Shown one piece after another: positions 37,309-50,055 of a DNA stretch of 64,000 nucleotides. Position 1 is the first letter of the stretch, and each line of letters starts with the position of its first letter. The DNA lies in contig NC_086097.1 of assembly GCF_963921235.1 (NCBI RefSeq), positions 82,338,001 through 82,402,000 of the forward strand, in the 5' to 3' direction. Source of the DNA: Mobula hypostoma. Lineage: Eukaryota. The notes below the pieces were generated by a model. It saw nothing but the letters and a program-made list of their open reading frames with translations, was not told the origin of the DNA and ran no database searches. The position numbers were made by a program, and so were the translations under genes.

Positions 37309-37923
37309 AGGTTGATTTATACTTCTGCATAGGCTGTACGCTGCGGCCTACGCCATTGTGAGCATTTATACTTGTGCATTGGTGTGTCTGTGTCACTCTG
37401 CAATTCACCACCAAAATGCTAGTTGGCGGTGAGGTTTCTATTTCACTGTGTTGTGTTTCTTCGTGTTGAGTTTCCTTGTGTATTTCAAACAATGGCAGCT
37501 GAAACTGAGCACATCATGTTGGAGTTGGAGCTAATAAACGTTGAACAAGAGGTGCTTTTATTGAAATTACTGCAATGCAGAAAAGAGAGAAGACGTCAGA
37601 GGAGATGGTGTGTACGACCATTGATGGATTGAGGCAGAAGGAGGGTGAATTTTCTGTGCTTGTCCGGCCACTGAGAGACATGGACGAGGAAATGCATTTC
37701 AAATATTTTCGGATGTCGGCAGATAGCTTTGACGGGAAGAAGCAACCGGAAATGCGTAGGAGGAAATAAGATGCTTCCAAGCGGACCAATCACAGTTGTT
37801 GCAGTCTGCATTGCCGCGATGCGTAGTTACATATTTGGGGAGGTGTGCGTCAGGCTACAGCGTAGGGTACGCGGCTACGCTGTACCTATGGCATAGATTC
37901 GATGCAGAAGTATAAATTGGCCT
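37309..37923 (+). mobile_element. PIF/Harbinger non-autonomous transposon
   Basis: TIRs AGG(TTG/CCA)ATTTATACTTCTGCAT; TTA TSD; transposase N-terminus [11 protein letters not shown]...[30 protein letters not shown]. Confidence 0.9.
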
Positions 37924-38717
37924 TTACGCTTGGTGCAGGAACCTCGTGGCGGAGTGCGACTGGAATGCAGAAACCCTGCTGGCCCATTCCTACCAATGGG
38001 CTCTCAGAGCACTTGAAAGATAAGCTGTCTGCATGGGAGATGCCCACCGACCTTGAAAGCCTCGTCACTCTGGCCCTCCAAATTGACAAGCACCCTATGG
38101 AACAGCCCTGCAGATCAACAGCAGCTGGAATGCGGACGCACCGCTGGCCCACTACCATCATAGCCTCTTGGAGTTCCAGAAAGACGAGCAGTCTACCCAG
38201 GAGATGCCCACTGACCTTGAAAGTCTCAGCGCTCCGTCCTTCCGAATTGACGAGTGTCTTATGGAGCGAGCCCTCAGATCATCAGCCAGGACACCAGTTC
38301 CGTTCCCAGAACCATCTCAGACTACAGGACTACATGCAATGTCTCTGGAACACATGCGTGTAGGGAAAGCTCCCTTAACTCCCCCAAGAGTGTGAGTAAA
38401 AACTTGTGCGCTTACCACCCATCACCCACCTATCAAATGCCCACTGTGCCCGGGGAAATGGCATCACCAGATAGAGACAAGAGGCCTTCTATCTGGTAAG
38501 CTCACCCGGCCTCTCGTTCCAGGACCATAGCCCGACTCACCATCTCTGTCCTCCTCCGAACCTCAGCGGCTCTATGCACACAGGAGGCTCTGGTGGATTC
38601 TGGCGCAACAGGTAACTTTCTGGATTGGACAGTGTGCGTGCAGCTTGGACTCCCCGCTGAGCCTATCTCTCACCACTTCTGCGTCGTGGCCATTGGCCGA
38701 TGTCCCTTAGGGTCTGA

Positions 38718-38917
38718 GATAGAAACATAGAAAATAGGTGCAGGAGTAGGCCATTCGGCCCTTCGAGCCTGCACCGCCATTCAGTATGATCATGGCTGAT
38801 CATCCAACTCAGAACCCTGTACCAGCCTCCCCCCCATACCCCCTGATCCCTTTAGCCACAAGGGCCATATCTAACTCCCTCTTAAATATAGCCAATGAAC
38901 TGGCCTCAACTGTTTCC
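38718..38917 (-). mobile_element. CR1 (HER1-like) 3' end inserted in Gypsy protease
   Basis: ATAGAAACATAGAAAATAGGTGCAGGAGTAGGCCATTCGGCCCTTCGAGCC, the reverse of the tail at 15540. Confidence 0.9.
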
Positions 38918-41807
38918 CGTCAGATGGTCGGACTGCACACCAGGCCCATGGAAATGAGCATCGGAGAGCAATGCCAGTCCAGCCAACTCCTCCTCATTGA
39001 CTCACCCAATACTCCTCTCATCTTGGGACCGTCTCCACTCGCACCCTCCCTTTGCCTGGTCATCCTGTTCACTGCTGAGCTGGGGACTCACCTGCTAAAC
39101 CACCAACCTGCAATCTCAGTTGACTTCACCCCATAAATCCATGGAGATGTAGGAAACTCTCGGCCTCACCAAACTCCGACAGGAATAAAATGACTCTGTG
39201 AAAGGGAGACCATCGCCTTGCTGCCTCACAAACCACATAACTGCACGATCGACCTGCTCCCAGTCACCACCCCTTCCTAAGGTCATCTGTCCTCCCTCTC
39301 CCCTCACGAGACCCAAGCCTTGAATGACCACATTATCGAAATGCCATGGCACGGTTTATCCAACCATCTTGGTCCCTGGCCTGTGCAGAATTCTTCTCTG
39401 TCAAAAAGAAAGCTGGGGTTCTTCATCCCTGCATGAATACCATGGACTTAACAAAAACACTATTACGAATGCCTCTCCTCTCCCCATAATGGATAGTGCA
39501 TTGGAAGTGCTCCATGGGGCCCAGATCTTCACCAAACTTGATCTACGGAGCGTGTACAATACAGCCATTGTGTGTGACAAACTCATGCTGAACCAGCAGC
39601 TTTGCCAGCTAAAAATTAATTAATGCATTACCCTGGTAAGAGGGAGCTATTGTGACAGCTCCTTCGGGAGTATGTCAATCCCTCATCTCATTCCTTGGAT
39701 TATTTTCCGCATTGTAAATGCAACTGAAACTTCTGAAAACTTCGGTGAGGGTGACAGGGACTTTGCAAGATTATATTGTGCAAGCACATCTCCCTCCCCA
39801 CAGAAAGCAGCAACAAGCTTTCACCTTGCTAATAACTCATGTTCCCCTGAACAACTCAGTATATTGCAACGGTGATATTTTGAAGTAAATCAGAAAAAAA
39901 AATGTCCGGGGAAAATTATTCTTAATTAAATTTATAGCTGCCAGTAGGCACATTTTTAATACTTAAGAACTGCCTCTTCAGCAATCGCCACTTACTAGTC
40001 GTTTCATATTATTTCTCTTGACATTTTCTTCATTCTCACATGCTTTGCTTTCTTCAGTTTATTGAATGATTTGGCAACTGGTTGCATTATTATATAAATG
40101 TTTGAATTTGGTATTGAGTCCAGAAGGCTGCAAGGTGCACAGGTGGAGTGTAAGGTGCTGTACCTTGAGATTCCACTGGGTGTTGTTGCAACAGATTAGG
40201 AGGTCAATGACAGGTCAGAGAGCGAATGGGACAGAGAATTTAAGCAACAGGTGATTGACATCTATGTTTGTCCTTGGAGGACTAAATAAAGCAGATACAC
40301 AATTTGCATTTGGTTTCTCTATTGTAGAAGAGATTGTGTTGTGAAAACAATAAAATCCAAAAAAAAATTGAAAAGCGCTTCATTCTTCTGAGCTTGTTTT
40401 TCACCTCCTCCACCTTTTAGCCTTCCTTGCTGTCTGATGACCTGCAATCAATCCACCTGATTTTCTAAATCATCCTCTAACATCCTATTTTAAGTACACA
40501 TCTTTGACGAACCTTTTTGGCTACTCTTCCTAAAATTTCATAGGTCAAAATATAAAAACCAATATAAGGTTTTAAAACCTGAAGTAAAAACACAAAGTGC
40601 CAGAACTATTCAGCTGTTTTGGGTTTATCTCAACAGAGAAAAGAGAAAAAACAGTTTACATTTTAGGCTGATGCTCTTCATCCGAATGGCTGAGCATAGG
40701 TTTGTTTGATTGTGAATCCTCCTTTGAAAACTTCTGTGTTAAAGATGCCGTATTGGCATACAGTGCCTTCAAGAAGATAACCATCACAAACTAAGTACAG
40801 AAAATTTTTCATCCAAGCTGGCAGATGAGGGAACCCTCCAGGTTCACTGATGCAGTTGAAGAGATGCTGTTGAAGATTGTCTTGCTCAGGGTAGAGACAC
40901 ACATTGAAACAGGAGCAAGTGGCTAGCGAAGTCAGGTCTATTGAAAGCACTGCAAAACTTGGGCCTGAGAACTGCTTAGCAATCTTGACAACTTAAACAA
41001 GATGAGAGGAGCCAATTTCTCCCATGAAGAGTGAACATTCCTGCCATTGAAAATGACCTGTATATTGTATTTGAATTGTTCATAAGTGAGGAGCAGTTAG
41101 ATACCTTTTTGCATTGCTGCCCATCAGCCAGAAGTGTTTCTGCACTCACAAGTTTCTATACAAAATTTTACACAAAACCTCACATAAAAGTTCATTGTTT
41201 GACCCATGCATCATCATCATTATATCTATTACAGGTTTGCAGCAGAGGCATTTAATAATTTAATTGTAATTAGATGAAGACCATGTTGGCACAAAAAGGA
41301 TCTTGCCTCCTCTCTAAGCTGTACATTTAGGGAACTAAGATCAACTTTAAGGATTCACATCATGTACCAGGATACAATCCCAAAGCACTGTGATGGAATT
41401 GGGTTTGCTGACTGCAAAGTTCTAAACTTAAGCCGTATCCAATATAAATAGCTATGGGTATCCTCACTAAAGCATGTTATACTGTAGCTACCTACTCACC
41501 AGAAACTAGTTCACTTCTCTGTTTATTCTCCACGGGAAGGTTGGTTGCCAATACCCACTATTTGAGCAGAGGGCGCTCCCTCCCTACCAAGGGGGAGGTA
41601 CTACCAGCTATCAAAGTAGTTTAAATACAGTTCATTTATTTTCAGTGATGCATGTTTAAATCCAAACAACATTCTTGAAACACATTTGAAACTCACAAAG
41701 GATTTCTATCTTATAAAGGAATTCCAAATTGCAAACAATTTCTAAAACACAATGTATTTCCAAAACAAAGGTGCAATCCCTACAAGCTAAAAAGTCATAG
41801 TCACAAA

Positions 41808-43545
41808 TTCAAGTTCAAGTTTAATTGTTATTCAGTCATATATGAATACCCATGAATACAGCCAAGTGAAACAGTGTTACTCCGGGGCTAAGGAGCAAAA
41901 CACAATACCAATAGTCATACACAGTACAAACCACATATAGTACATAAAAGAAGCAGTAAACATACAATCACACAAAAGATGTAATATAGCCTAAATCACT
42001 AAGTCCATGAATGCTGCCAGCAAGAACAAGCCCATAGCATTCTGCAGATGAATGCATCCAGCTCATCTTCAACCATGCGTACACCGGAAGGCAACACCAA
42101 TGCCAGTATGGACACCGCCGCACACTGCCTCCAGCATCACCTATCTTGGGCAGTTACAACAGGCACACCGCAGCATGAAGCCTAGTCTGTGCTACAATCC
42201 AGGCCTGACAGCTTCTCCACTGCTGGTCCCACCGATAAGCCAGTGAACCGGACTTGCAGCATTTTGTGTTACCAATGTCCAACAGGGAATTGCAATTGAA
42301 GGAAAATGACTAAGGCACCACTGGCTGTTAGACTGCACACCGACTTTGCGCACTGATGCCGACACCTCTCTGTAGCATATAGAGACTCTGCGCATGCGCC
42401 AGTCGTGCATGCAGCCTGTTACAGCCGTTCCGACTAGTATTCTTACTTTTTTAACTTACATTATTTGTTGTATTTTTTTCACGGTTAACACGTTGAAGCT
42501 GCACCCTCTCTAACATGCTGGTAGAGAGAGTTTTATTTGGGTTTTTAGCGCTGGAAATAGTTACATTCCGACACGTCTCATTAGCGGGGCAGCAGTATGG
42601 TCGCATTGTTTATTCCAGGGATCAGCTGCTTGCGCTTATGCCGGCCGGTTTAGCAAACAGAGCAGTGGACACCCCTGCTGAAATCTGGAGAAAAACTCAC
42701 AGAGGATGCAGAGGGGGATCACAAAGGCAAGGAAAGAGGACCGGGTCGAGACAACAGAAACTTATGGAGAAGAGGAGTTCGGTGGGTAATAAAATGGACG
42801 AGTTGACGGCGCTAGCCAGGCGTCAGAGAACATTTCGGGAGTGCAGTGTTATGTGTTTTACTGGGGCTGCACGAGGACATACCCGATCAAAAGTTTTCCA
42901 TGGATGGCTTCCAGACCGTTCGGGCTGACCGGAAGTGCACTGAGAGCAGTAAGCGTAAAGGAGTTGGGGGCTTACTGTTCTGATTAACAATGGATGGTGC
43001 AATCCTGGTCATATTACGATCAAGGAACATGTTTGTAGACCGGATATTGAACTTTTTGCTGTTGGACTCCGGCCATATTCCACCGAGATACAACACTGGG
43101 CGTCGTGGGAGGTTGTTCCTGCCTGTGGCCATCGAACTTTGCAGCTCCTCCCGTGGAGGGTCAGACACCCTGAGCCAATAGGCTGGTCCTGGACTTATTT
43201 CCATCTGGCATAGTTTGCATATTGTTGTTCAATTGTTTGTGGTTTTAGTTATGCTATATTTATGCTCTATTCTTGGTTGGTGCGGCTGTAACGAAACCAA
43301 TTTCCCTAGGGATCAATAAAGTATATCTATCTATCTATCTATCTATATAGTAACATGGTATGCAAAAAGCCCAGCTCCTCTGACAGCGAGCAACTCTCTG
43401 ATGGGGTGGATCTACAGTACTTGAAGTTCTTAATATCCAACAGTGACTTGCAATTGTAAAAAACATGTTTTAAAAAAAGACAGTAACACCTTTGGCCAGC
43501 CTTGTTGAGGCCATTTTATTCGACCACACCACTATCTTACCGGAA
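41808..43545 (-). mobile_element. Older non-autonomous Rex-type element split by the insertion at 42383-43344
   Basis: (CTTGAA)n tail at 41808-41822; head ACTTCCGGTAAGAT on minus at ~43545. Confidence 0.5.
42383..43344 (+). mobile_element. Bipartite Rex1 derivative: 5' UTR and APE start fused to 3' end
   Basis: RIVYSRDQLLAL, NKMDEL, CSVMCFT, DIELFAVGLRP joined at ~43075 to IPPR...FLPVAI...GGSDTLSQ*; AATAAAG+(TATC)n tail; candidate TSD ATATAG. Confidence 0.88.
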
Positions 43546-45064
43546 GTGAGAATTTCCTCACAGAACTTGTAGGCAGAAGAATGGATTCTAGTTTGCACTG
43601 TGTTTCTGTCATTCTTCTTGATGTTCCTCTGAACATTCCTAATAAGCCCTGGACTCCTCTCTACATTTATAGTGCTTCTCTACCACTTGAGTGACTTCAC
43701 ATACATGTGATATTTCTTCCGATATCCTTTTTACACAAACAGTATAAAAGCTTCTGAAGACAAAGGTCCCGGGTATCCACAATTAATGCAGTGAAGCTGA
43801 CTCTTTTGAGTACATAAACCTTCCACTATTAACAGATTACCTACTTGATGTGCTATGTGATAGTATCAATCTGGTCTGCAAACGTTCCTGAACTAAACAA
43901 CTTAGCCATCGTTGTCCAGTTTAAAGGAAGCCCATTGTCATACACTGCACCTCTTGAGCAATAAGCCCAGGTGTTGTGGGGCAGCAAGTCTGTTCTATAG
44001 ACAGTGCATGTTTGTAAAGCTGTCCTTTTAACTTCAAACCGATTATTCCTTGCTATTCACATGAAGAACTGAAGACTGACTCCCAGGAAACTGAACAAAG
44101 AACTATGGTTGGAAGTTTAGCTTACTTGAAGACAACACTTTGATCTCTGGAATTTGTAGCTACTGTGTAGAAAGCTGAGCTTAACAAAAAAAAAGGACCC
44201 CTGGCCCTGAACAGTGAATCTCCATCATAGAACCACATATAGCATCACACCATTCATGTAAAGCAACACACCATTGAACCTGTGCAGATAAGTAGGGATG
44301 GGTTGTATCAGGCAGTATCCATTGAGCATTAGATTTGATTCATGCATGGGATAGCCTGTAGAGAATGGTAACAAAACAAAAAACCATACGTTTCTTCTGC
44401 AGCCGCTTGGATCTAGATGAAAAATCTCCTGGAATGGAATTGCATACACCTCTTGCAAGTTTCCTTGCATTTCTTTCAAGCTCTGATGCCTACTTACAAG
44501 AAGAAGTTATACAGCAAGCATTGCATCGGTCTGATCATTGAGGGCATTTATAAATAGGAAATTACATATGCAACCTTGACTTTTGCAAACACTGCATTAA
44601 TTCATTGTTCAGATTGAAGCACATGAAGGAAACGGAACTGGTATAGCTGACTGGAACATACACGTCTGTCAGTCATATTTGGGCAGAAGAACCCGTGTTT
44701 TTACAGCACCAAAATGTTTTAATGTATGAGCGTATTATAATGATGTTGCATTCACACTCACACTCAAGTGGATTGACACTCTGATGATATACATTGCATA
44801 TGTATTTTCCACTGACCAATGAAATGCACAAGTTCACAGGTCACTTGCTGTTTTCTGGAACATGTGTCTTGGCATGAGCTTGCCCAGTAAGCCTGCTCCC
44901 AGACTTAGTGCAGCAAAGAACCTAATCAGTCATAAGCAGTGACGTCCATCCACGAGATATCACCATGACAGCTGGTTAAACATTGATGTCAGGCTGAACA
45001 GTTGTCATGGGCCACAATGAAAATTGAATATCTAATATTCACAAATACTCAAAATCCACTGCCA

Positions 45065-45520
45065 AAACCAAATTGCGGGAGGAACTCAGTGACTTGTCAA
45101 GCATCTGTAGGGGTTTGCAGAATTTTGTATTGCGATACTGCATCAGAAGTGAGAATTAAGAAAGAGAGTATAAAGAGGAGAGAGAGAGCACAGTAAGAAA
45201 GGGGGCAGTAGATCATAGGTAGACCAAGGAGAGGTAGGGAATGAGGGCAGAAGGAGCCAAGTGTGGAGGGGCACAGGATGGAATAGCGAGGCAGGAGCAT
45301 GTGGACCGTAGGTGGAAACAGGCAACGAGAAACAGATAGGGGAAGGGGAGGGTGAAAGTGGACAGTGATGAGTGGGACCCAAAGGCTACATACTTGAATT
45401 ATTCTCTCAGTCCTGATACAGGGCCTTGTCCCAAAACATTAAAAGTCCTTCCCCACGCTGCTTGATCTGTTCTTCCAATATTTTGACTTTCATTCCAGAA
45501 TCCAGCCTTCTCTTGTCTCT
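45065..45520. mobile_element. Decayed inverted PLE terminal-repeat pair
   Basis: GGAGGAACTCAG...GCATCTGT, purine tract, then CAGTCCTGATACAGGGCCTTGTCCCAAAAC. Confidence 0.6.
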
Positions 45521-46629
45521 ATTCAAAAGCTACAAAGATTTAAATATATACTGTACTGCCAAAAAATTATTTTCCATAAAACAGTGCATTTGAACACCAG
45601 AACTCGATTAAATACACCAAAACTATTGCATTAAAAATAATTAACTATAGATTGCATCTTTTCCTTGCAGCTAATCTTCCCCATTCCAGTGCATTGGCTT
45701 GCTAGCCCCCACCATCCTGATCAAGGTTCAGTTGGACAAGCTTCCCAATGTAGTCTGGAATTCTGTACTCATCTACTGGAGTATAAGAAATCGAACAAAG
45801 GATCGCAATTTTGAAATCTGTGGCTCAGTTATGGAGAAGGTCCACTTTTGCGAGAGAGTTCTGACCCCTGAACTTCTGCATAGTTACTGACCAAGTGGAA
45901 CTGCTGGTATTCCTGTATAGATTCAGGATAATGATTAAGAACAAATAATGTCTTTCAAAATGTGACATCAAACCAAGAAGAGCACTCTTTCAATGGCTAT
46001 CTTGTTAGCAGCAGATTGACCCATTAAACTCGTTAAATCACATTACTTTCATGGATGAAGGAAATACCTTCGTGCTCAGCTGCAGTAAACTCAATTGACT
46101 GTTGGAATGGAAGTTACTATTTAACCTCCAATCTCCAGTTTTCTCCTTTAACAAGTTTTCTTTTATAATAAGCTTAAAAAAATAACACCTTTGAGCAGGG
46201 ATAGTAATGAAAGATTTTCCCATTCAGATTTGATCTTTAGTAGTAATTTTTCCTTTTATCTTTCTGTTGTTTTTAGTGTGCCAGCAGTTACATGAGGCTT
46301 TAAAAGATGATGGAGAGAACTTTCCACAGTTTGACAAATCTTGCACTGAAAATTTGGATAATGCAGTAAAAGGCATGTAGCCTTTGCTACCAAGGATGCT
46401 TCAATTTAGTTTGCAGCTATTGAAGAGCTTCTCAAGTGTGGTCACTTCTGTAATGTAGAAAAGAAGACAACTAATTTCCAAATTCAAAGAATGTGATAAT
46501 GACTAAACATCTTTTAATGTACTGTGCATTAAAGAATGAATATTAGCCAAGACATCGATAATAATTCTTTTTCAAAATAACATCTTGGTATCTTTTCCAT
46601 CCGCCAGAAAGGAAGGACGTGGTTATTTT

Positions 46630-46800
46630 TTAGCATCCCAGCTCTGTTGGAAGTTGATAGATTCCTGATTGGTTGGGGCATCAAGGAATATGGTGAGAGG
46701 GCCAGATGTATGAGGTTGAATGGGATCTGGGATCAGCCACGTTGAAATGGGGGGCAGACTCGATGGGCTGAATGGCCTAATTCTGCTCCCATGGTCTAAT
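46630..46800 (+). mobile_element. CR1 3' end
   Basis: GTTGATAGATTCCTG...GATCAGCCA...GACTCGATGGGCTGAATGGCCTAATTCTGCTCC. Confidence 0.85.
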
Positions 46801-47678
46801 CCCAACAGTACACAGGAATTGGAGATTAATTTTTGAATTCAAATTCTAATTTAGCATTTGAGCTTACAACCATTTGAAATGAGGCAAATATTCTAGCAAC
46901 AGTTCCATTACTGATAACCTATTTGTCTGCCATAGAGGCAGTGCCAGTCACATCTGGCTTTTATGTGAACTATTACCATATTTTGTTTTTCCTCAAAATT
47001 GTCACCTTATTCTGTTTATATTCACATTCGATGCAACAATTTAATTGTTTTTATTAGTTGAGGAGCTGTGCTCTTTCATATAAACCCCATACATTTCCCT
47101 TGTGTATCTGTTATATTGCCCTATAATAGTAACTGATTGGAAAATGAAAATTTATTTACAGACCCATCCACTTCCCATCACCACCTCCTCAAAGCCATAT
47201 ATTAAAATTTCTGAGCATGTCCTTTATCTAGACCATCTGTTTTAAGCACAATTTCTCACATGCCCCTTAATCTAGCAGTGCTTTCATTCTATACCTTGCT
47301 GTGTTACCCTGGCAACAGCCATAGCAACACACAGCCAGTAGAGAATCATAGGTAAAGATGCTAAAAGTAACTGAAACAGTAAGTGTCATTTAAAAAAGAA
47401 CATACTTCAGCTCTGTTAGATATTACAAGAAGGCTCAAAAGGTCACTTTAAAGAAATAAACATAAAATTATGCATATGCATTGATCATTTAAAATGCATT
47501 TGTATTTTGTATATTGGCAACACCGGCCACTGTAGCCCAACTAAGAACGCTTCAGAAGGCACCATCCATCAATGTTGTAACCTGAAACTCTAGTTTCGAT
47601 GTTGCTTCCAGAAACTAGGGGTCAGAATCTGAATCAGATGTATTGTAAGTGACATATTGTTATCTATTATCTGTTATC

Positions 47679-47875
47679 TATCTTACAGTTAGATACTGCA
47701 TAATTTGGGTAAAATTCTAAATGCAGCACACATAAGCCATTTAGAAGACAAATGAATATTTGATTGGTTGAGAGAATGTCTGAGCCAAAATTAGATAGGT
47801 AATAAATAAACACCTGAGAAACAGGGCTTAAGAATCCACATCCTAAAAGTCCATGAAAGGTCCTGTCTTGAGTAT
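47679..47875 (+). repeat. 197-bp dispersed direct duplicate of 49601-49797
   Basis: TATCTTACAGTTAGATACTG...GGTCCTGTCTT(G/A)AGTAT in both places. Confidence 0.95.
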
Positions 47876-48024
47876 ATAGTTGTGAAATTTGTTCATTTGT
47901 GGCAGAAGTTCAGTGCAGGCATAACAAATTAATATAGATTTCAATATTAAGTCAACCAATCAATCAATCAATCAATCATTCAATCAATCGTGCAGAAGCA
48001 GAATAGTGAGGCAGTATTCACAAA

Positions 48025-48630
48025 ATATTCTGCAGATGCTGGGTTCAAAGCAACACTCGCAACAAGCTGGAGGGACTCAGCAGGTCGGGCAGCATCTGTG
48101 GAAAGGAACAGTCAACGTTTTGGGCCAGAACCCTTCACCAAGACTGAAGAGAGAAGGGGCAGAGGCCCTATAAAGAAGGTGGGGGGAGGGTGGGAAGGAG
48201 AAGGCTGGTAGGTTCCAGGTGAAAATCCAGTAAGGGGAAAGATAAAGGGGTGGGGGAGGGGAAGCAGGGAGGTGATAGGCAGGAAAGGTGAAGAAGGAAT
48301 AGGGGAAAACACAATGGGTAGTAGAAGGAGACGGAACCATGAGGGAGGTAGTAGGCAGCTGGGGGAGGGGGCAGAGCAAAACTGGGATGGGGGAAGGGAG
48401 GGGGAGGGAATTACCGGAAGTTGGAGAATTCAGTGTTCATACCAAGGGGCTGGAGACTACTCAGACGCTATATGAGGTGTTACTCCTCCAACCTGAGTTT
48501 GGCCTCATCATGGCTATAGAGGAGGGCATGTATGGACATATCCGAATGAGAGTGTGAAGCAGAGTTGAAGTGGGTGGCAACCAGGAGATCCTGTCTGTTG
48601 TGGCGGATGGAGCGGAGGTGCTCGACCAAA
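48025..48630 (-). mobile_element. Penelope-like element 3' end (GIY-YIG C-terminus, UTR, terminal repeat)
   Basis: Minus: EHLRSIRHN...VATHFNSASHSHSDMS...LRLEE..LI.RLSSLQPLGMNTEFSNFR*; degenerate hammerhead at 48109-48146. Confidence 0.88.
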
Positions 48631-49864
48631 TCTAATGGTTCCTAAAACACTGAATGTGGGTCTTCAGGCTCCTGTACCTGCTCTCTGATAGTGGTAATGA
48701 GAAGAAGACATGGTGATGAAACGTAATAATGGACGTCACCTTTCTGAGGCACTGCCTTTGGAAGGTGTCCTCGATGACTGGGAGGCTTCTGTCTATGATA
48801 ACCTGGCTGAGCCTGCGACCCTGTGACACCCCTTCCGATCCTGTGCATCGGCACCTCCATACCAATCAGAGATACAACCAGTCAGAACATTCCCCCGGAT
48901 ACCACTGGAGAAATTTGCTAGAGTCTTTGTTGACATAATAAATCTCCTGAATAAAGTATAGCTGGCTGCGTGGCTTCATCTTGATCACATCAATATGGTG
49001 GCCCAAGATCAGTATACTGATGGTCGTCATCTCAGTAGATTATCAAACATTTCATTAGATCGTTTTAGCAATAATGAACACCTCACATGCTTGGAATTGC
49101 CTGGCTTTAAAAAAATGAATTTGTATAGCACCTTGCATTCTACCACCGCGAAGCATCGTATAGTCATGAACACAGCTGTCTCATCAGCATCACTGAGAAG
49201 ATAAACTGCTTTAGTGATACCTATTGGGGATATCGACCTTGACTGGAACCGTGAATAATTGATTACTTTTATATTCAAAGAGCATCTTGAAATGACTTTA
49301 CATTTATCAGAAAAGGTAGAAGAAACAGGAATTTAATCCCTTCTTCTGATCAGAAATTTGCAAGACTGTCTCCTTATGTAAGGGAACATAAATTTGTTGC
49401 CTCATATTTTTTCATGACAGTGAGTTGCAGTGAGTCAGAATCACTCATTGTGAAATGAATTGCTTGCTGATTTGTGTCCAGTCTCATTTCACCTGATCCA
49501 CTTGATGTACCTTCAGAAACCCGAAACAAACCACCTTTAAAAGAAGCATATATCTACAATTCCGATCACAACAGGCTCTTATTGTTGGACCATTTGTTGG
49601 TATCTTACAGTTAGATACTGTGTAATTTGGGTAAAATTCTAAATGCAGCACACATAAGCCATATATAAGACGAATGAATATTTGAATGATTGAGAGAATG
49701 TCTGAGCCAAAATTAGATAGGTAATAAATAAACACCTGAGAAACAGGGCTTAAGAATCCACATCCTAAAAGTCCACGTAAGGTCCTGTCTTAAGTATGTA
49801 ATTATGGTAAAACAGTTTAAAACATTTCATTTGCAAATTTTATTTCAAATTTTAAGCATTCTCA

Positions 49865-50055
49865 AACAAGAGAAAGCCTGCAGATGCTGGAAATCTGAGC
49901 AACACACACAAAATGCTGGAGGAACTCAGCAGGCCAGGCAGCATCTATGGAAAAAAAGTACAGTCGACCTTTCGGGCCGAAATGCCGACTGTACTTTTTT
50001 CCGTAGACGCTGCCTGGCCTGCTGAGTTCCTCCCACATTTTGTGTGTGTTGTTTC
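49865..50055. mobile_element. Short PLE-derived hairpin insertion with 10-bp TSD
   Basis: Inverted arms meeting at ~49975; TSD AGCATTCTCA at 49855-49864 and 50056-50065. Confidence 0.9.

Larger units (their letters stand above)
36535..39562 (+). mobile_element. Decayed Ty3/Gypsy (sushi-like) LTR retrotransposon: 5' LTR, gag, protease, partial RT
   Basis: LTR ~36535-36845 ending TGACA; gag GLSEHLKDKL...DLESLVTLALQID; protease ALVDSGATGNF (~38587); RT YHGLNKNT...PLPIMDSALEVLHGAQIFTKLDLRSVYN. Confidence 0.9.
47625..48995 (-). mobile_element. Rex LINE 3' end, interrupted by a templated insertion and a PLE
   Basis: Minus: SLPVIEDTFQRQCLRKVTSII...SRYRSLKTH; UTR GAATCTGAATCAG at 47625. Confidence 0.75.
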
